A stretch of 64,000 nt of DNA from Terriglobales bacterium (GTDB lineage Bacteria > Acidobacteriota > Terriglobia > Terriglobales > SCQP01): positions 7,978 to 71,977 of the forward strand of contig JBOGKM010000040.1 of assembly GCA_050747745.1 (NCBI GenBank), given 5' to 3'. The position numbers were made by a program, and so were the translations under genes. This document shows, piece by piece, positions 1 through 7,424 of the stretch. Numbering within the stretch: position 1 is the stretch's first letter; every line of letters begins with the position of its first letter. The notes under the pieces are model-generated. The model saw nothing but the letters and a program-made list of their open reading frames with translations, was not told the origin of the DNA and made no database searches.

Positions 1-1975
1 CCAGAAGCGCGGCGCTGGGCGAGCCATGGGTGCGCACCAGAATGCTGCCGATGGAGGGATGCTGCTGCAAGGCGAAATAGACCTGCGGCTGCGGCGGCTC
101 GCCGAGGGAAGCGTATTTGACGGTCGGCACCTCGCCGACGACGGTCACCTGCCAGGTCTCCTCGAAAAACTGCAGCCGTTTGCCAATCGGGCTCTGTCCC
201 GGCCAGAGACGGTGGGCCAAGGCGGTATTGACCACGGCGACCATGGGCGCGGCGGCGGTGTCGTCGGGGCTGATGCCGCGGCCGCGCAGCAGCGGCATGC
301 CCATGGTCTGAAAGTAGCCAGGGCTCACGGCGGTGACGGGGGTCAGCTTGCCGTTGCGGGTATTGGAGGTGTCGACGCCACTGGGAAAGGTGGTGCGCTC
401 CAGACCGCCGGTCAGCGGCGGCGCGTTGGTGATGCCGGCGGCGGCGACGGCGGGCAGAGCCCGCAGGCGGGCGAGGGCGGCGAGATAGAACTGGTGCATG
501 CGGGCGGGGGTGTAGCCGGCCGCGTTCAGGTCCGGCGTCAGCGCCACCAGATGCGGGGCGTCGAAACCGGCCTGCACCTGTTGGGCGTTGAGCAAGCTAT
601 GGACGAAGAGGCTGGCGCCCACCAGCGCGATGAGGGAAAACGCGACCTGCACCACCACCAACAGACCGCGGAGGCTGTACCAGTGGCGGCCGCCGCCGGG
701 GGCTTCGGTGCGGTCGCGCAGCGAAGCCAGCGGGGCGGTGCGAGTGGCCTGGAGAGCCGGGGCCAGACCGAACAAGAGGGTGGCCACCAGCGCCAGCACG
801 AACGTGAACAGCAGCACCAGGGGGCTGATGGTGGCATGGATTTGCTGATTCAGTTGCGGCGGCAGCAGCGCCCGCAGGCCATTGCGGGCCACAAAGGCCA
901 AGCCGACGGCCACGATGCCGCCCAGTAGCGCCAGCACCAGGCTTTCGCTCAGCAGTTGGCGCATGAGTCTTGAGTGCCGCGCCCCCAGGGCCAGGCGCAC
1001 GGCAAACTCGCGCCGCCGCTCGGTTGCGCGCACGAGCAGCAAGTTGGCGATGTTGGCGCAGGCGATCAGCAGAACGAGCGCGGCGATGGCGAACAGCAGC
1101 GCCCCGGCCAGCAGAAATGCCGGGCGCGCATTGGGATTTATGTTGCTTTCGCTCATGGGCACCAGGGCAAAGGTGCGCCCGGCATCATCGCTGGGGAATT
1201 CGCTGCCCAGATGCAGGGCCAGGGCAGCCACCGCTGCCTGCGCCTGCTGGAGGCTCACGCCCGGGTTAAGCCGCGCCACCGCGGAGGCGAACAGCGCCCT
1301 GCGCTCGAGGAACCAGTTTTTGAGGATGCCGGTGAGGACTTGATCGTGCATCGCGAGCGGGAGCCACACATCGGGATTGCCGAACACCCCCACGTTTTGA
1401 AACCCCGGCGGGGCGATGCCGACGACGGTGTAGGCCAGTCCGTTCAGTTCGAGAGTCTGGCCGATGATGCCGGGCTCGGCCCCGAACTGCCGCACCCAAA
1501 AGTTGTGGCTCAAAATCGCCACCGGATGCGCGCCCGGGGTTGAGTCCTCGTCCGGACGGAAATTCCGGCCGGGGGCGATGTGCTCGCCCAGCAGCGGGAA
1601 GAAATTGGCGTTGACCAAGGCTGCGTTTAAACCCTGCACGTGGCCGTGCGACTGCCAGGTGATGCCGGTCCCGATATCCACAGAGAGGGCGGAAAACACG
1701 TTGTTGTCGCGCCGCAAGTCGCGCAAGTTGACATAGGAACTGGGGTTGAAGCCGAGGGCGGGGTTGCGCGCGTCGCGCGTGTAGATGGCGACCGCGCGGC
1801 CCGGATCCCGAATCGGCACGGGGCGGAGGAATACCGCATTGACCAGGGTGAACACGACCGTGTTCACGCCAATGCCCAAGGCGAGCGACAATACCGCGGC
1901 GATGGCAAAGCCCGGGCGGCGCACCAGCAGCCGCACTCCGCCACGCACATCTTTCCACCAGGTGGTGAGATCCAT
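1..1975 (-). CDS. MacB/FtsX-type ABC transporter permease, ADOP (acidobacterial duplicated orphan permease)-like; 3' end runs off the window
   Basis: Absent from the ORF track because it has no stop inside the window. Hand translation from ATG (complement of 1975-1973) gives MDLTTWWKDVRGGVRLLVRRPGFAIAAVLSLALGIGVNTVVFTLVNAVFLRPVPIRDPGRAV... The same frame is still open at base 1 (...PSIGSILVRTHGSPSAALL). The N-terminal TM plus large periplasmic domain pattern is typical of MacB-like permeases. Confidence 0.8.
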   Translation of the reverse strand, partial: MDLTTWWKDVRGGVRLLVRRPGFAIAAVLSLALGIGVNTVVFTLVNAVFLRPVPIRDPGRAVAIYTRDARNPALGFNPSSYVNLRDLRRDNNVFSALSVDIGTGITWQSHGHVQGLNAALVNANFFPLLGEHIAPGRNFRPDEDSTPGAHPVAILSHNFWVRQFGAEPGIIGQTLELNGLAYTVVGIAPPGFQNVGVFGNPDVWLPLAMHDQVLTGILKNWFLERRALFASAVARLNPGVSLQQAQAAVAALALHLGSEFPSDDAGRTFALVPMSESNINPNARPAFLLAGALLFAIAALVLLIACANIANLLLVRATERRREFAVRLALGARHSRLMRQLLSESLVLALLGGIVAVGLAFVARNGLRALLPPQLNQQIHATISPLVLLFTFVLALVATLLFGLAPALQATRTAPLASLRDRTEAPGGGRHWYSLRGLLVVVQVAFSLIALVGASLFVHSLLNAQQVQAGFDAPHLVALTPDLNAAGYTPARMHQFYLAALARLRALPAVAAAGITNAPPLTGGLERTTFPSGVDTSNTRNGKLTPVTAVSPGYFQTMGMPLLRGRGISPDDTAAAPMVAVVNTALAHRLWPGQSPIGKRLQFFEETWQVTVVGEVPTVKYASLGEPPQPQVYFALQQHPSIGSILVRTHGSPSAALL

Positions 1976-1998
1976 GATCGCGATTCTACCCCCATTGG

Positions 1999-2016
1999 CT
2001 GTGCAAGGATGTGCAG
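1999..2016 (+). promoter_or_regulatory. Candidate upstream activator site CTGTGCAA-GGAT-GTGCAG, about 88 bp upstream of the -24 element at 2089
   Basis: The CTGTGCAA octamer plus a TGCA half-site at the same spacing recurs, in inverted orientation, at 9444-9465 upstream of the second sigma-54 promoter. Confidence 0.3.
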
Positions 2017-2088
2017 AAAACCGGAACCCAAGTTGCGTCTCAACGGCCCCAACCGCACCGGCGCACCAGCATTTCCGGGCTTAGGAGT

Positions 2089-2104
2089 TGGCACGCGAAT
2101 TGCA
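2089..2104 (+). promoter_or_regulatory. Sigma-54 (RpoN) -24/-12 promoter
   Basis: TGGCACGCGAATTGCA matches the consensus TGGCACG-N4-TTGCW, with correct GG to GC spacing (12 nt between the first G of GG and the G of GC). It lies 23 nt upstream of ATG 2127 in the same orientation. Confidence 0.75.
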
Positions 2105-2126
2105 ACCTCCCGCCTTGGGGGTAATT

Positions 2127-2609
2127 ATGTTCCGCCGTTACATATTGGTACTGACGATGGTGCTGGCGGTGGGGGTGGCCGCGCAAGCGGGCAGCCTCAC
2201 CTACTTCTTTAGCGGCATGTGCAACGGGTGCGCCGCCGGGGTTACGACGCAGGAGGTGATGAGCGGAGGTGGCTGGGGAGAAGCGGTGAACCCGGCGCCA
2301 TTCCTTTCGGTGTTGAACGGAGGCCTTAATTTGGGCAACCTGGCACAGGATCCATTCGGACAGGCAGAAGCGAATACAGTCGGCGGCGCCACGCCGTTAG
2401 GGAGCCCGAATTTCATCTTCCAGAGTGACCAGAGCGGCCATTGGTGCATGGCGGCGGGCGGAAGCAGTTGTCTGCCCGCGGCCGACCTGCTGTTGGACGG
2501 GAGCCGGCCTTGCCCCACCCCGACGCCGGAGGCGGCGACGCTAGACCTTTGGTTGGGCGCTGTACTGCTGCTGGGCTGCTGCACATTGGTTCGCCGCCTG
2601 GCATGCTAG
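2127..2609 (+). CDS. Small exported protein with PEP-CTERM-like C-terminal sorting signal (PEA variant)
   Basis: ORF 2088-2609. The preferred start is ATG 2127 (MFRRYILVLTMVLAVGVAAQAG signal peptide, G-rich SD at 2117-2121). The C-terminus is ...TPTPEAATLDLWLGAVLLLGCCTLVRRLAC, i.e. a P-E-x motif, a TM helix and a basic tail. Confidence 0.7.
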   Translation: MFRRYILVLTMVLAVGVAAQAGSLTYFFSGMCNGCAAGVTTQEVMSGGGWGEAVNPAPFLSVLNGGLNLGNLAQDPFGQAEANTVGGATPLGSPNFIFQSDQSGHWCMAAGGSSCLPAADLLLDGSRPCPTPTPEAATLDLWLGAVLLLGCCTLVRRLAC

Positions 2610-2670
2610 ACAGCACACAGCAGACCCCGGCGAAGCCGGGGCCTGCGGACACATGCAGGGCGGGTTGGGC

Positions 2671-3270
2671 CTAGAAATGGCCGCCGGAGGCGCCGGATTT
2701 GAGCTGCGACTGCACCTTGCGGGCTTCGCTGAGGTGCTTTTGGAGGACCGGGATGGCGCTCTGCACGACGGATTTGATTTGTGGGTCGGTGATCTGCGGC
2801 TCCAGTTGCTGCAGGCGCTGAATCGCGTGCTGATGATCACGGATTTGGGCGGCGACAAAACTGTGCTCCGCCGTCGCCGGTTGTTCCTTGTCCCAGCGCT
2901 GATCCATGCGCCGCGACTGCTTTTGCATGGCGGCGTTTTCTTTCAGGTCGATTTTGGCCTGACTGGCAGCCTTCTGAAGCTGATCTTGCAGATCCTGGTG
3001 ATCGTTGATGAGATCCTGTGCGAAGCTTTTGACGTCCGGATTCTGCACATGCCCCTGGATGTTCTGGGCGCCAGCAATTTCGGTTTTGTTGATGGTATCC
3101 AACAGGTCCGCCGCACGCTGGTTGGCGCTGGCCATCGAGCGCGAGGGATGAGCGGCGGCCTGGCCGTGATTGGGATGCTGGGCTTGCTGGCTCTGCGCCA
3201 GGCAGAACGGAACTGCCGCCATCAACGCCCCGGTGAGAGCGTACATTGCCAAATGCTTCTGTATTTGCAT
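2671..3270 (-). CDS. DUF4142-like exported protein
   Basis: Signal peptide MQIQKHLAMYALTGALMAAVPFCLAQS. Two helical repeats with the F..D.I.DH and ...DHQHAI.. pattern typical of DUF4142. GGAGG SD 9 nt upstream of the ATG. Confidence 0.8.
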   Translation of the reverse strand: MQIQKHLAMYALTGALMAAVPFCLAQSQQAQHPNHGQAAAHPSRSMASANQRAADLLDTINKTEIAGAQNIQGHVQNPDVKSFAQDLINDHQDLQDQLQKAASQAKIDLKENAAMQKQSRRMDQRWDKEQPATAEHSFVAAQIRDHQHAIQRLQQLEPQITDPQIKSVVQSAIPVLQKHLSEARKVQSQLKSGASGGHF

Positions 3271-3374
3271 GAGATTTGACCTCCGAAATCTGGGGGATGA
3301 GATGAGTGGCGGCAGTGGGGCGGATGCATGTGCTCCGCTGTAGTGGGGGAAAAACGGGTGGCGGCGGCGGGCAC

Positions 3375-3470
3375 ATTGGGCGCGGTCATTGAGCGCGAGG
3401 GATTAGCAGGCGAAATGGCACCGCAGCCATCAGCGCCCCGCTTAGAACACAAGTGGAAATTGAGCCCCGC
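3375..3470 (-). pseudogene. Decayed partial duplicate of the 5' end (signal-peptide region) of the adjacent DUF4142 gene
   Basis: Hand alignment shows 3378-3410 resembles 3121-3153 (about 25/33 identical) and 3411-3452 resembles 3201-3244 (about 32/44), with an internal deletion. The minus-strand translation LSGALMAAVPFRL compares with LTGALMAAVPFCL in the intact gene, then hits a frame change and stop. Confidence 0.5.
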
Positions 3471-3482
3471 AGATGTATCGGG

Positions 3483-3944
3483 TCAAGATTGCGGGTGATC
3501 ACGCAAATAGTCGAGAATGGGGAGCTGCGGCAGGAAGAATGGTTCTGCGGGCAGCGGGCGCCATTCCACCAGGCCCTCCCAGGATGAGCGCAGCCGGCCC
3601 TCGGCGTGAGCGGTGAAAACGCTTAAACGTGAAGGTATATGATGGCGGTCCGAGTAAGCGAACAGGAGCTGGCAGGAGTGAAGATGCAAGCCGGTTTCCT
3701 CGCGCACTTCGCGCCGCAGGGTGTGCTCGGGTGATTCGCCCGGGCGCGAGGTGCCGCCCGGGAAAGCCCAGCCCAGGCCATCGCTGCGCCATTGCAGCAG
3801 AAACAGCTCACCGCGGCGGATGACCGCGGCGGCGCTGGGCAGCTCGCCGAAGACGGGAAAACGCCCGTAAGTGGCAACCACGAGCCGCGAACAGAGGCGG
3901 AACAGAGTGGGCCCGACAGGCATGGAATCAGCCAAAGAGAACAA
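3483..3944 (-). CDS. NUDIX hydrolase
   Basis: Nudix box GGTSRPGESPEHTLRREVREETGL (GX5EX7REUXEEXGU). The start may instead be the internal ATG at 3923. Confidence 0.85.
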   Translation of the reverse strand: MFSLADSMPVGPTLFRLCSRLVVATYGRFPVFGELPSAAAVIRRGELFLLQWRSDGLGWAFPGGTSRPGESPEHTLRREVREETGLHLHSCQLLFAYSDRHHIPSRLSVFTAHAEGRLRSSWEGLVEWRPLPAEPFFLPQLPILDYLRDHPQS

Positions 3945-4425
3945 ATTTCACGCCGACCAGAACCTGCCGGTCCACCGGACGGCCGGCGTGGAAGCTTGAG
4001 CGGCGGCGGAATTCCAGGTAGGGAACCCAATTGCCCAGCGACCAGCCCGCGCCCACGCCCAAGTCCGTAAATCCGTGCAGCCCCAGGCCCCAGCGGCGGC
4101 CGATGGCGACGTCACCGAGCAGCAGCGGGCCCCAGCTTTGCGCCGGACGCAGCGAGGGCGAAAGCCACACTTCCAGGCCCGTGGCCAGCGATACACCGTG
4201 ACTGGCGGGAAACGGGTCGTAACCAAACTGCGCCAGATTCCATAGCAGCAGCACATGCGGCAGCGGAGGCAGCGCGACGCCGAGCTGAGCCTGCACCGTG
4301 CCGAGGGTGTCGGGTGCCTGCGCGTGGACATGGGCGCCGACCGCGCCGGAGGCGACAATCTGCGCGGGAAGAGCGGCGCTGGAGAGGGCGAGAAGGAAAC
4401 CTAGCAACAGGAATCGCAAGCGCAT
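3928..4425 (-). CDS. Exported hypothetical protein (possible small beta-barrel/outer-membrane protein)
   Basis: Signal peptide MRLRFLLLGFLLALSSAALPAQ. Alternating hydrophobic pattern and C-terminal ...VGVKFVLFG. No recognised domain. Confidence 0.6.
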   Translation of the reverse strand: MRLRFLLLGFLLALSSAALPAQIVASGAVGAHVHAQAPDTLGTVQAQLGVALPPLPHVLLLWNLAQFGYDPFPASHGVSLATGLEVWLSPSLRPAQSWGPLLLGDVAIGRRWGLGLHGFTDLGVGAGWSLGNWVPYLEFRRRSSFHAGRPVDRQVLVGVKFVLFG

Positions 4426-4700
4426 GCTTTCATGGTACCTGCCGGGGCATCCTCGAGCCGCACCGTTTCCCCCGGGTGCAAATAGGACTTGCGCCGCAGC
4501 CAGTCTTGCAAAGCCTCACGCAGCGCCGGCAGCGGCACCCGCGAGCCGGCCTCCAGCCAGCCGTCGGCGAGCGGCAGGGTATCGTCGAAGCGGGTTTCGC
4601 CAGTGAAGCTGCGCATGGCGAAGCTATCGAGGGCGCGCAAGGGGCAGGGGCGCTCGCCCTCGGGGCCGCTCAGGGTGACGCGCAATTTATGGACGTACAC
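4401..4700 (-). CDS. Hypothetical protein
   Basis: 99-aa ORF starting 3 nt after the gatB stop, with balanced amino-acid composition (MYVHKLRVTLSGPEGERPCPLRALDSFAMRSFTGETRFDD...). No motif recognised. Confidence 0.45.
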   Translation of the reverse strand: MYVHKLRVTLSGPEGERPCPLRALDSFAMRSFTGETRFDDTLPLADGWLEAGSRVPLPALREALQDWLRRKSYLHPGETVRLEDAPAGTMKACACDSCC

Positions 4701-4702
4701 GC

Positions 4703-6166
4703 TCAGCCCAGCTTTCGTTGCAGCAACTGGTTGACCAGCGCCGGAGCGGCCTGGCCGCGCGAGGCCTTCATCACCTGGCCGACAAAAAAAGCCAGCAGAG
4801 CGGACTTGCCGGCGCGGTACTGGGCCGCCTGGCCGGGATGGGAGGCGACGACCTCCTCGACCAACCGCTCCAGCGCCGCGGTGTCGGAGATCTGCTTCAG
4901 CCCCAGCGCTTCCACCAGCTGGGCCGGGGCTTGTTTTTGAGCCAGCATGGCAGCAAAAACTTCCTTGGCCATCTTGCCGGAAATGGCGCCTGCGTCAATC
5001 AGTGCCACCAGTTCAGCAATGTGCTTAGGCGGAAGGCCCAGCGCTTCCGGCACGGCATTGGCCGCCTTGGCGTGGGCCATGAGATCGCCCATGATCCAGT
5101 TGGCCACGGCTTTGGGGTTGGGTGAGGTGGCGGCGGCCTCTTCAAAATAGGCAGCCAGGGCGGGCGTGGCACTGAGCAACTGAGCGTCGTAGGCGGAAAG
5201 GCCATAGCGCGCCTGCAGCCGCTCCCGCAGCGCTTGCGGGAGTTCGGGCAGCGCGGCTTCGACCTGGGCGCGCCAAGCCGCGCTGAGCATCAGCGGAGCC
5301 AGATCGGGCTCGGGGAAATAGCGATAATCGTGCGCCTGTTCCTTGGAGCGCATGGGTGCGGTGCGGCCCTCGGCCACATGGAACAGGCGGGTTTCCTGGC
5401 GGATGCGCCCGGCGGCGTCGAGCACTTCCGCCTGGCGTCCAATCTCAAACTCCAGCGCGCGCTGCAGATAGCGGAACGAATTCAGGTTTTTGACTTCAAC
5501 CTTGGTGCCAAATTGGGCTTGGCCGAGCGGACGCAGGCTGACGTTGGCGTCACAGCGCAGGCTGCCTTCCTCCATATTGCAATCGGAGACTTCCAGAAAC
5601 AACATGATCTGCTTGAGGCGGGTGAGGTAATCGAAGGCTTCCGCGGGCGAGCGCAGATCGGGTTCGGAAACGATTTCGATGAGGGGCACACCCGCCCGGT
5701 TCAGATCCACGTAGGAGTGCGCGGCCGAGCCCGGCAGCCCCTCGTGGATGTTTTTGCCGGCGTCTTCTTCCAGATGCAGGCGGGTAATGCCGATGCGGCG
5801 CCGGCGTTCCGGCTCGCCGGGAAAGATTTCGAGCCAGCCGTGCTCGGCCAAAGGCTGGTCGAACTGGCTGATCTGGTAGCCTTTGGGCAGGTCGGGGTAA
5901 AAATAGTTTTTGCGTGCGAACACGGAGCGCTCATGCAGCTCGCCATGGAGGCCGAGGGCGGCGCGCATGGCTTTGTCCACGGCGGCGCGGTTGAGCACGG
6001 GCAGCGCGCCCGGCAGCCCAAGGCAGACGGGACAGGTGAGGGTGTTGGGGGGAGCGCCAAAGCGGTTGGCGCAGGCGCAGAAGATTTTCGAGGCGGTATT
6101 GAGCTGAACGTGAACTTCCAGGCCGATGACCGGCTCCCAGCGAAGCGCCGTTTCAGATACCGACAT
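4703..6166 (-). CDS. gatB: Asp-tRNA(Asn)/Glu-tRNA(Gln) amidotransferase subunit B
   Basis: Full-length match to the GatB pattern: WEPVIGLEVHVQLNT.SKIFC, DLNRAGVPLIEIVSEPD, RCDANVSLRP, and a C-terminal YqeY-like domain. Confidence 0.97.
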   Translation of the reverse strand: MSVSETALRWEPVIGLEVHVQLNTASKIFCACANRFGAPPNTLTCPVCLGLPGALPVLNRAAVDKAMRAALGLHGELHERSVFARKNYFYPDLPKGYQISQFDQPLAEHGWLEIFPGEPERRRRIGITRLHLEEDAGKNIHEGLPGSAAHSYVDLNRAGVPLIEIVSEPDLRSPAEAFDYLTRLKQIMLFLEVSDCNMEEGSLRCDANVSLRPLGQAQFGTKVEVKNLNSFRYLQRALEFEIGRQAEVLDAAGRIRQETRLFHVAEGRTAPMRSKEQAHDYRYFPEPDLAPLMLSAAWRAQVEAALPELPQALRERLQARYGLSAYDAQLLSATPALAAYFEEAAATSPNPKAVANWIMGDLMAHAKAANAVPEALGLPPKHIAELVALIDAGAISGKMAKEVFAAMLAQKQAPAQLVEALGLKQISDTAALERLVEEVVASHPGQAAQYRAGKSALLAFFVGQVMKASRGQAAPALVNQLLQRKLG

Positions 6167-6172
6167 ACCCAG

Positions 6173-6607
6173 CTATTTTATCGAACCGGCTTCGGCACCG
6201 CGCGCGCGGGGCCCCAGTCCCACCCAATGCTCGCAGGCGACCATGGAATTGCCGGGGTGGACGGGATCGTACTTGACCTGCACCGGAAGGCCGGGAATCC
6301 AGCTTTGCGGATCCAGCCGCACCGGCACCAGATGCAACTGCTGGGAGGCTTGATAGGTCACCCCGGCGACTTCATATTCATAGACCAAGGTCGGCGCGGC
6401 CTCGGCGCCGGCTGGTTCCGGAGCGGGCATCATGTCCAGGATTTCTCCGCTCGTGATGCGTCCCAGCGCGTGTACGTGCAGGCGGCGGGCCACCTCGATC
6501 TGCTCCGGCGTGAGCCGGCGGCGGCGCAGCAGCCAGACCGCGATGGCCGCCGTTACGGCAACGGCGGCAGCGGCAAGGGCCAGCGGCGCACTGTAGCTGA
6601 AGTTCAT
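6173..6607 (-). CDS. DUF3592-like membrane-anchored protein
   Basis: The internal ATG at 6607 overlaps the upstream gene's stop (ATGA). One N-terminal TM (MNFSYSAPLALAAAAVAVTAAIAVWLL) is followed by a beta-rich domain. The upstream 82 codons of the track ORF are R/G-rich antisense-type sequence. Confidence 0.6.
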   Translation of the reverse strand: MNFSYSAPLALAAAAVAVTAAIAVWLLRRRRLTPEQIEVARRLHVHALGRITSGEILDMMPAPEPAGAEAAPTLVYEYEVAGVTYQASQQLHLVPVRLDPQSWIPGLPVQVKYDPVHPGNSMVACEHWVGLGPRARGAEAGSIK

Positions 6608-7407
6608 TGCGCCGCGGCGGCGACCGGGTTCTCCAGGCTGCCGATGCCCGCCACGGTAATGCGGACGCGGTCGCCAGGAAGCAGCGCACTTACGCCGGCG
6701 GGCGTACCGGTGGCGAGCACATCGCCCGGTTCCAGGGTCATCACCGCCGTGACCGCGGCCAGCAGTTGCGGCAGCGAAAAGAGAAAATCGCGGGTGTTGC
6801 CCTGCTGGCGCAGCTCGCCGTTGACGCGGGTTTCGATCTGGAGGCCGTGCCAAGGTTGCGGCCCAGGCTGCGGCGCGTCCTCGACCCAGGGCCCCAGCGG
6901 GCAGAAGGTGTCAAACCCTTTCGCCCGCGTAAACAGCAAATCGCGTTTTTGCAGGTCGCGCGCGGTGACGTCGTTGAGGCAGGTGTAGCCCAGCAGGAAT
7001 GGAGATGGATCCGCACTGGCGGAAAAACGCGAAAGCCGGCGCCGCATCACCAGCGCCAGCTCGGCCTCGTACTCGACCTGTTGCGATAGCGCGGGCAGCA
7101 GGATGGTGCCGCCGGGATCGAGCAGCGCCGAGGGGGGCTTGAGGAAAAACATCGGCTCGGGAGGGGCTGTGTGCCCCAGCTCGCGCGCGTGCGCACCAAA
7201 ATTTCTCCCGATGCACACGATTTTGGTGGGCGCACACGGCGCCAGCAGCGGCGTCGTGTCCAGCGGCAGCCGCTCCCGCCCCTGCAGGGGGCGGCAGCCG
7301 TCCTTAAAGGGCGTGCCCGTGTAAACCTGAATGAAGTCGCTGCCTTGCTCGGAGCACACCTGCCCCCAGCCGACATTGCCTTCCTGCCGGAACTTGACCC
7401 ATTTCAT
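6604..7407 (-). CDS. Fumarylacetoacetate hydrolase (FAH) family protein
   Basis: KIVCIGRNFGAHARELG, EAELALV, and a C-terminal GD.....GTP.GV pattern typical of the FAH/HpcE family. Confidence 0.9.
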   Translation of the reverse strand: MKWVKFRQEGNVGWGQVCSEQGSDFIQVYTGTPFKDGCRPLQGRERLPLDTTPLLAPCAPTKIVCIGRNFGAHARELGHTAPPEPMFFLKPPSALLDPGGTILLPALSQQVEYEAELALVMRRRLSRFSASADPSPFLLGYTCLNDVTARDLQKRDLLFTRAKGFDTFCPLGPWVEDAPQPGPQPWHGLQIETRVNGELRQQGNTRDFLFSLPQLLAAVTAVMTLEPGDVLATGTPAGVSALLPGDRVRITVAGIGSLENPVAAAAQ

Positions 7408-7424
7408 GAGTTTTCAATCCCTGC

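Noticed and set aside
26-1958. Several plus- and minus-strand ORFs listed in the track over 26-1958
   Set aside because: All are in the wrong frame or strand relative to the ADOP permease frame (minus strand, start 1975), which stays open to the window edge. The track omits the real gene because it has no stop in the window.
5234-6988. 584-aa ORF on the plus strand
   Set aside because: It is antisense to gatB, the DUF3592-like gene and the FAH gene, all of which have clear family signatures. Its translation is Arg/Ala/Gly-rich and low-complexity, typical of high-GC antisense frames.
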